This document shows positions 58,609 to 64,000 of a stretch of 64,000 nucleotides of DNA, piece by piece (the stretch's first letter is position 1; each line of letters opens with the position of its first letter). The notes under the pieces were generated by a model. It was not told the DNA's origin, ran no database searches, and was given only the letters and a program-made list of their open reading frames with translations. Location: positions 64,001 through 128,000 of the forward strand of contig CAWFKQ010000006.1 in assembly GCA_963816395.1 (NCBI GenBank), read 5' to 3'. Source of the DNA: an uncultured delta proteobacterium. Its GTDB lineage: Bacteria > Desulfobacterota > Desulfuromonadia > Desulfuromonadales > JACZKF01. Made by a program: the position numbers and the translations under genes.

Positions 58609-59502
58609 GTGAACCTCACTCCCCGCTTTTATAAACAGATTCTCGATCATTTAGGCGAGGCGGTCTATTTCGTTGATAAGGAGCGGAAAATTCTGTACTG
58701 GAATCGCGTCGCGGAGAAAATCACCGGCTATTCCTCCGCCGAGGTGGTGAATTCCTACTGCTATAGCAACCTCCTTGATCATATCGACGAAAAGTCGTGC
58801 CCTCTCTGCCAGGAAAGATGCCCGCTGGCGCAGGCCATGGAAACGGGACAGGGATTGGAGAAAAGAATATTTCTTCGCCACAAGGACGGACACCGGGTGC
58901 CGGTCAATGTGAAGGTCGCCCCGATTTTCAACGGGGGAAAAACCGTCGGGGCGGTGGAGGTTTTCACCGATGCCTCGGTTGTGGTGCAGGTGGAGCAGCT
59001 GAATGAAGAGTTGCGCCGGTTGATTCATATCGATCCCCTCACCCAGATTCCCAACCGGCGCGCGCTCATGGCGGCTCTGGACCGGGAATATCAAAGATAC
59101 AAAAGGTATCGAACCCCCTTTGCCCTTATTTTTGTCGATATCGACCATTTCAAACGGGTAAACGATACGCTTGGCCATGCCGTCGGCGACCGCACCCTGC
59201 AGTGGTTCTCCCGGCAGATAACCGAAAGCCTGCGCCGCTCCGACATGGTCGCCCGCTTCGGTGGGGAGGAGTTCATCATCCTCCTGACCGCCACCGAAGC
59301 GGCAGCCGTCGGTTCCATCGCCGAAAGCCTGCGACAGCGCATTGCCGACTCCCCCTGCCCGGAAACCGGCGCCATTCTCACGGCCAGCCTCGGTGCCACC
59401 GGCATTCTTCCGGGCGATTCCGTGGATTCGCTTCTGGAGAGGGCGGACGCCGCCCAGTACATTTCGAAGAAAGAAGGCCGCAACCGCACCACCGTGCTCT
59501 GA
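58609..59502 (+). CDS. PAS-GGDEF diguanylate cyclase
   Basis: PAS (YWNRVAEKITGY, CP..AM), DPLT, DIDHFKRVND, RFGGEEF. Confidence 0.92.
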   Translation: MNLTPRFYKQILDHLGEAVYFVDKERKILYWNRVAEKITGYSSAEVVNSYCYSNLLDHIDEKSCPLCQERCPLAQAMETGQGLEKRIFLRHKDGHRVPVNVKVAPIFNGGKTVGAVEVFTDASVVVQVEQLNEELRRLIHIDPLTQIPNRRALMAALDREYQRYKRYRTPFALIFVDIDHFKRVNDTLGHAVGDRTLQWFSRQITESLRRSDMVARFGGEEFIILLTATEAAAVGSIAESLRQRIADSPCPETGAILTASLGATGILPGDSVDSLLERADAAQYISKKEGRNRTTVL

Positions 59503-59622
59503 TCCGGTTGTATTCCCCTCCGCCATGAACGAAAAGCGAGTGACGGCTTGAACGGTCCTGCCGCCGAACCGCCGGCGGCCGGGCACGACCCGGGCGTAAC
59601 CCTGAGAGGCGGCGGAAGCGCC

Positions 59623-59710
59623 TTGACACACCCGGGGGCGGATGGTATAAAAGGTGCCCGTAGCATTCATCCCTGAACCGATGAAACCACAGGTTTCCTG
59701 TGGTTTTTTT
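59623..59710 (+). promoter_or_regulatory. sigma70 promoter followed by a terminator-like leader hairpin
   Basis: TTGACA (59623) -17- TATAAA (59646); aaaccacagg-ttt-cctgtggttt-tttt (59684-59710). Confidence 0.6.
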
Positions 59711-59728
59711 CTTTGAGAAAGAAGAGAG

Positions 59729-60163
59729 ATGTCGAAGCGACCCCTGACTGCCGGAGACGATGTCGAGGCCCGCTGCACCCGCTGCCGGGAGGTGACCAAC
59801 CATACCGTGGTCGCCCTGGTGGAAGGGCGGGTGGCGCGCGTCCAGTGTCATATCTGCGACGGAGTGCACAACTATCACGCGCCCGCTGCCACCCGCACCC
59901 CTCGTCCCCCTGCACCCAAACCCGTGGCCCGGGCGCCTCGCCCCCGCCGCAATTCCGCAGCCGCCGAACTGGCCGAGTGGGAAGAGGTTACCGGCCCTGC
60001 CGAGAAGGACACCGCGCTTCCTTATGCCATGAACCTCCGGTGCCGGGCCGGCGACCTGCTGCGGCACCCGGTCTTCGGCCTCGGGGTGGTCAAGGTTCTG
60101 GTTCCTCCGGGAAAAATGGAAGTCCTCTTTCAGATGGGGAAAAAGCTCCTGCGGTGTGGGTAG
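59729..60163 (+). CDS. Zn-ribbon hypothetical protein
   Basis: ARCTRC...VQCHIC; C-terminal HPVFGLGVV. Confidence 0.75.
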   Translation: MSKRPLTAGDDVEARCTRCREVTNHTVVALVEGRVARVQCHICDGVHNYHAPAATRTPRPPAPKPVARAPRPRRNSAAAELAEWEEVTGPAEKDTALPYAMNLRCRAGDLLRHPVFGLGVVKVLVPPGKMEVLFQMGKKLLRCG

Positions 60164-60203
60164 CGGTCGCGAGGGCCGGGGAGTAGGGGGGTGCGAGAAG
60201 CGG

Positions 60204-60938
60204 ATGGATTTTCCCTTTTTGCATGACTGGCAGATGGATTACCGGCAGGCGGTGGCGCTGCAACGAATACTGGCCGAGCGCCTCGTTTGCCGCAACTGCC
60301 TGCCCCGGCCGGTACGCACGGTGGCCGGAGTGGACGTCTCCTACGAGAAGCACGGCCAGCTGTTTTTCGCCGGCATCGTCGTGCTGTCGCTGCCCGCCCT
60401 GGAAGTGCTGGAGGAGGCATCCGCCGTGGGGCGGGTTTCCTTCCCCTACATCCCCGGCCTCCTGTCCTTCCGCGAACTGCCTATTCTCCTCGAGGCCTTC
60501 CGCTCTTTGCGCACCGTTCCCGACGCCATTCTGGTCGACGGCCAGGGGATGGCCCATCCGCGGCGCCTCGGCCTGGCGAGCCATCTCGGGCTATGGCTGG
60601 AGCTGCCGACGGTCGGTTGCGCCAAGAGCCGGCTGTGCGGCGAGCACCCGGAGCCGGGCGAGCGGCGGGGAGACCAGGTTCCGCTGCGGCTGGCAGGGGA
60701 GGATGTCGGGGTGGTGCTCACCACCCGCGACCGGATCAAGCCCCTCTATATTTCTCCCGGGCACAAGATCGATATCGCCGCCGCCGCCGATCTGGTTCTC
60801 GCCTGCGGCCGCCGCTACCGCCTGCCGGAACCGACCCGCCTGGCGCACCACCTGACCAACCGCCTGCGGCGGGAAGAGCAAAGCTGCAAGCTCTCAGCTA
60901 TAAGCTCCAAGCTAGAAGCAAGCTCCGCCAAAAAATAA
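60204..60938 (+). CDS. nfi: endonuclease V
   Basis: VAGVDVSY, FPYIPGLLSFRE, LVDGQG.AHPRRLGLASH, GCAKS, YRLPEPTR. Confidence 0.95.
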   Translation: MDFPFLHDWQMDYRQAVALQRILAERLVCRNCLPRPVRTVAGVDVSYEKHGQLFFAGIVVLSLPALEVLEEASAVGRVSFPYIPGLLSFRELPILLEAFRSLRTVPDAILVDGQGMAHPRRLGLASHLGLWLELPTVGCAKSRLCGEHPEPGERRGDQVPLRLAGEDVGVVLTTRDRIKPLYISPGHKIDIAAAADLVLACGRRYRLPEPTRLAHHLTNRLRREEQSCKLSAISSKLEASSAKK

Positions 60939-61015
60939 AGCGGAAGGCGACATTCTCTCCGCCTTCCGCCGCCTAGCTGTTTGCCGCCTGCCTCCTGCCG
61001 CCTGCCGCTTGCCTA
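60881..61015. repeat. heptamer repeats between convergent nfi and DUF2520 genes
   Basis: aagctgc aagctct cagctat aagctcc aagctag; gccgcct gcctcct gccgcct gccgctt. Confidence 0.7.
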
Positions 61016-61889
61016 GGTTTTTCCCAACACCTCCAGCAGCTCTTTCGCCCTCTCCTCCGGCAGATTTCCCTGCCGTTCGGCGACTTCGACCGTCTTTCTC
61101 CCCAGTACCCGGTAAATCTCCGCCAGCTCCGGCGGTTGCGCCGCCAGGGCCTGCAGGTGATTTTTTACCGTATTTACGTCCCCGCGGGCGATCGGGCCGG
61201 TCAGCGCCCCTTCTGGCCCGAGGGCGGCCAGGTTGTTGACCGTTGTCCGCAGCAAGGGGGTCAGCAGGCGGTAGCTCTTCTCCCGCTCGAAGCCGCTGGC
61301 GGTCAGCAGATCGCCGGCGGCGGCGACCAGGGCCACCAGATAGTTGGCGGCCAGGCAGGCTGCCGCGTGATAGAGGACTTTCTGCTCGCCGTTGATGCGG
61401 AACGGCACTCCGCCCATGTCGGTGACCAGCCGCTCCCCCAGGGGCAGGGCAGCTTCCGTACCCTCGACGGCGAAGGGACTCCCCTGCAGGGCCCGGACGC
61501 CTATCGCCGGGTCGGCGAAGCTCTGCAGGGGATGCAGAGACAGGGCCGGCCGCTCCGGCTCTTCCTCCCCGAGAAGGATGGTCGCCCGGTGCAGTCCACT
61601 GAAATGGACCAGCACCGCTCCGGGCGCCAGGTAACCCCGGTGCCGGAGCAGGGCGGCGGCCTCGGCGAGACGGTCGTCCGGCAGCGCCAGCAATACGATC
61701 TCCCCCTCCCGCGCCCTGCTCGAGGTCGGTGGTGGCCGCCTTCCGGCTGCCGGCGAAGCGGGCGGCGGCGAGGGTGCGGGCCGGATCGCGGCCAATGATG
61801 GCGCGCAGGTCATAACCCGCCTCATGCAGCAGGTTGGCTACCGCCTGCCCCAGTCGGCCGGGACCGATGAGGACGACCCTTTCTTTCAT
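61013..61889 (-). CDS. Rossmann-like plus DUF2520 protein, frameshifted near 61715
   Basis: VLIGPGRLG, HFSG, LHPLQSF, YHAAAC, ALTGPIARGD. Confidence 0.88.
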
Positions 61890-62539
61890 GCGACGGAAAC
61901 CTCCAGCCTCCCCACCGTCTCGATCGCCGCCTCCAGTCGATCGCCGCTGGCGATGGCGCTGACCCCGGCCGGGGTGCCGGTGAGCACGACATCTCCCTCC
62001 TCGAGGGTGAAAATGGCCGAAATCTCCCGCAGGATCTGCGGGATGCGGCGCATCATCAGGCCGGTGGAGGCGTCCTGGCGGATTTCTCCATTGACCCGCA
62101 TGGTGATCCGCAGCGCGTGCGGGTCGGGGATCCGGTCTGCCGGCACGAAGTCGGAAAGGGGACAGGCGGTATCGAACCCCTTGGCGATCTCCCAGGGAAG
62201 TCCCTTCTTTTTGCACTCATCCTGAATATCGCGCAGGGTGAGGTCGATCGCCACCCCATAGCCGGCGACGTAGTCGAAGGCCGACTCCTCGGAGATGCTT
62301 TTCGCCCGGCGGCCGATGAGGATGGCCAACTCCGCCTCGTGATGGCAGTCCTGCGACCAGGAAGGGATGCGTACCGTTCCACCCGGGCCGATGAGGCTGG
62401 TGGCCGGCTTGATGAAAAGCACGGGGCGGTCCGGTATCGCATTACCCAGCTCGCGGATGTGATCGACATAATTGCGCCCCAGGCAGACCACTTTCCCCAC
62501 CCGGAAAGATTTTCCGGTTCCGATCAGTTGTACGTCCAT
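61886..62539 (-). CDS. fumarylacetoacetate hydrolase family protein
   Basis: GKVVCLGRNYVDH, HHEAEL, DLTLRD, KGFDT, LTGTPAGV. Confidence 0.93.
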   Translation of the reverse strand: MDVQLIGTGKSFRVGKVVCLGRNYVDHIRELGNAIPDRPVLFIKPATSLIGPGGTVRIPSWSQDCHHEAELAILIGRRAKSISEESAFDYVAGYGVAIDLTLRDIQDECKKKGLPWEIAKGFDTACPLSDFVPADRIPDPHALRITMRVNGEIRQDASTGLMMRRIPQILREISAIFTLEEGDVVLTGTPAGVSAIASGDRLEAAIETVGRLEVSVA

Positions 62540-62687
62540 GCCATCCTCCTGCAGTTGCAGAATTGTGAATGGAATTCAGGGAGAATACCGGCTGCCCGGG
62601 GAAAATGCAAGTATGCCGGAGGCAAAAACCTGTGTTATATTGAAAGCCTCAACGGCCCCCGGCCGCCAGCCCCGGACAGGGAGACCC

Positions 62688-63825
62688 ATGTTCCTTCCCA
62701 TCGGCGATACCCCCAATCCCCGCGGCACGCCCTACGTCAACTACTCCCTGATCGGCATCAATGTCGCCGTTTTCCTGTTTATTTCACTTCCTCTCATCCT
62801 GACGCCGCCGAATCTTTCCGATCCCCTCCTGCTCGACTATCTGCGGGCGTTGGGGGCGCACGGCCGGATTACCGCCGAGCAGGTGCTGCGGCACGTCACG
62901 GCTTACGACCTGTTCGTTTTCCGTTACGGTTTTCGCCCCGACCATTTTTCCGTGCTCGACATGTTCACCGCCATGTTCCTGCACGGCAGCTGGTTGCATC
63001 TGGCCGGCAACATGCTCTTTCTGTGGATTTTCGGCGACAATGTCGAGGCCCGCCTGGGTCATTTCCGCTATCTGCTGGTTTACCTGGGGACCGGCATCGC
63101 CGCCACCCTGTTTTTCGCCGTTTTCGTCGCCGGGGCGTCGGTGCCGATGATCGGCGCCTCGGGCGCGATTTCCGGGGTACTCGGCTGCTATTTTCTCTGG
63201 TTTCCCCGCAACCAGGTAAAGATCATCTTCTTTCCCTTTATTCTGTTCCCCTTTCTCATCCCGGCCCGCTGGGTCCTCGGTGTTTTTCTGCTCATTGACA
63301 ACCTTCTCCCTTTTCTGGTCCAGCCGGGAGCGGCCGGCGGCGTCGCCCATGGCGCTCACATCGGCGGCTTTTTGGCCGGCCTGGCGGTGGCGCTGGTGAC
63401 CCAGCGGCTGCCCCTGGGCAGGGCTGCGGGAACTGGCCGGGAGGCACCGGAAAGTGCGGCCGAGCGGGTCTCTCTCAGCCTGCGCCTGGGCAATATTTCC
63501 CAGGGCGTGATGCGGTATCTCTCCCTGCCTGAGCGGGAACAGCGGCAGGTGCCCACGGCCGACCTGCTGACTATGGGCGATTTTCTCCTCGACCGGCGGG
63601 ATGTCCATGGCGCTCTCGCTCTCTACCGGCGGATCATCGCCGAGCGGCCGAACGATCCTTTCCTCGACCGGGCTTACCTCGGGCGCCGGCAAGGCGCTGT
63701 ACCGGCTGCCGCGCTACCGCACCAGCGCCTACCAGCATTTTCTGTCGGCCATCGACGTCACCCATAACGAGGCGCTCGCCGAGGAGGCTCGGCGCTTTCT
63801 GCGGGTCATCGAGCAGGGCGCCTGA
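62688..63825 (+). CDS. rhomboid intramembrane serine protease with TPR tail, frameshifted near 63680
   Basis: MFLPIGD, MFLHGSWLHLAGNM, GASGA, AHIGGF. Confidence 0.9.
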
Positions 63826-63884
63826 GCGGAGAATCGCCAGCGGCAGCTTGCGACCCGGCGACACGAGGGACATTACGGTATGGA

Positions 63885-64000
63885 TCAGAAGGGAAAAACC
63901 ACCGGGATCAGCAGGGTGGCGATGAGCCAGACGCCGATGTTGAGCGGCGTCCCCACCCGGGTGTAGTCGAGGAAGCGGTAGCCGCCCGGTCCCATCACCA
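63885..64000 (-). CDS. SLC13/TrkA-C permease, C-terminal end only
   Basis: Manual translation [37 protein letters not shown]. Confidence 0.8.
   Translation of the reverse strand, partial: VMGPGGYRFLDYTRVGTPLNIGVWLIATLLIPVVFPF

Overview
GC-rich bacterial chromosomal segment. Gene content, the recO-glyQ-glyS-ppdK synteny and the short intergenic repeats suggest a Desulfuromonadales/Geobacter-like deltaproteobacterium (inference). It carries malQ (partial), an LPP20/LpoB lipoprotein cluster, prfC, asnS, trpS, lon, a full type II secretion operon (gspC-N), polA, a YdbH/YdbL-like pair, a family 1 encapsulin with ferritin-like cargo, recO, glyQS, ppdK, nfi and two diguanylate cyclases. Many genes, including essential ones, are split by single-base frameshifts, most likely long-read assembly errors. 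The most striking structure is at 44.0-47.0 kb. A REP-associated (HUH/Y1) tyrosine transposase gene is bounded by a 29-bp terminal inverted repeat with a GTCAAGCTTGAC palindromic core, and a complete group II intron has inserted inside the right-hand copy. Removing the intron restores the repeat exactly, and a candidate EBS1 loop in the intron is complementary to the repeat. Other unannotated items are a Trp-codon attenuator upstream of trpS, a candidate anti-SD sRNA, a small Zn-ribbon ORF, a rhodanese remnant, a MITE-like palindromic element and many heptamer-repeat hairpins. No CRISPR array, rRNA or tRNA was recognised.
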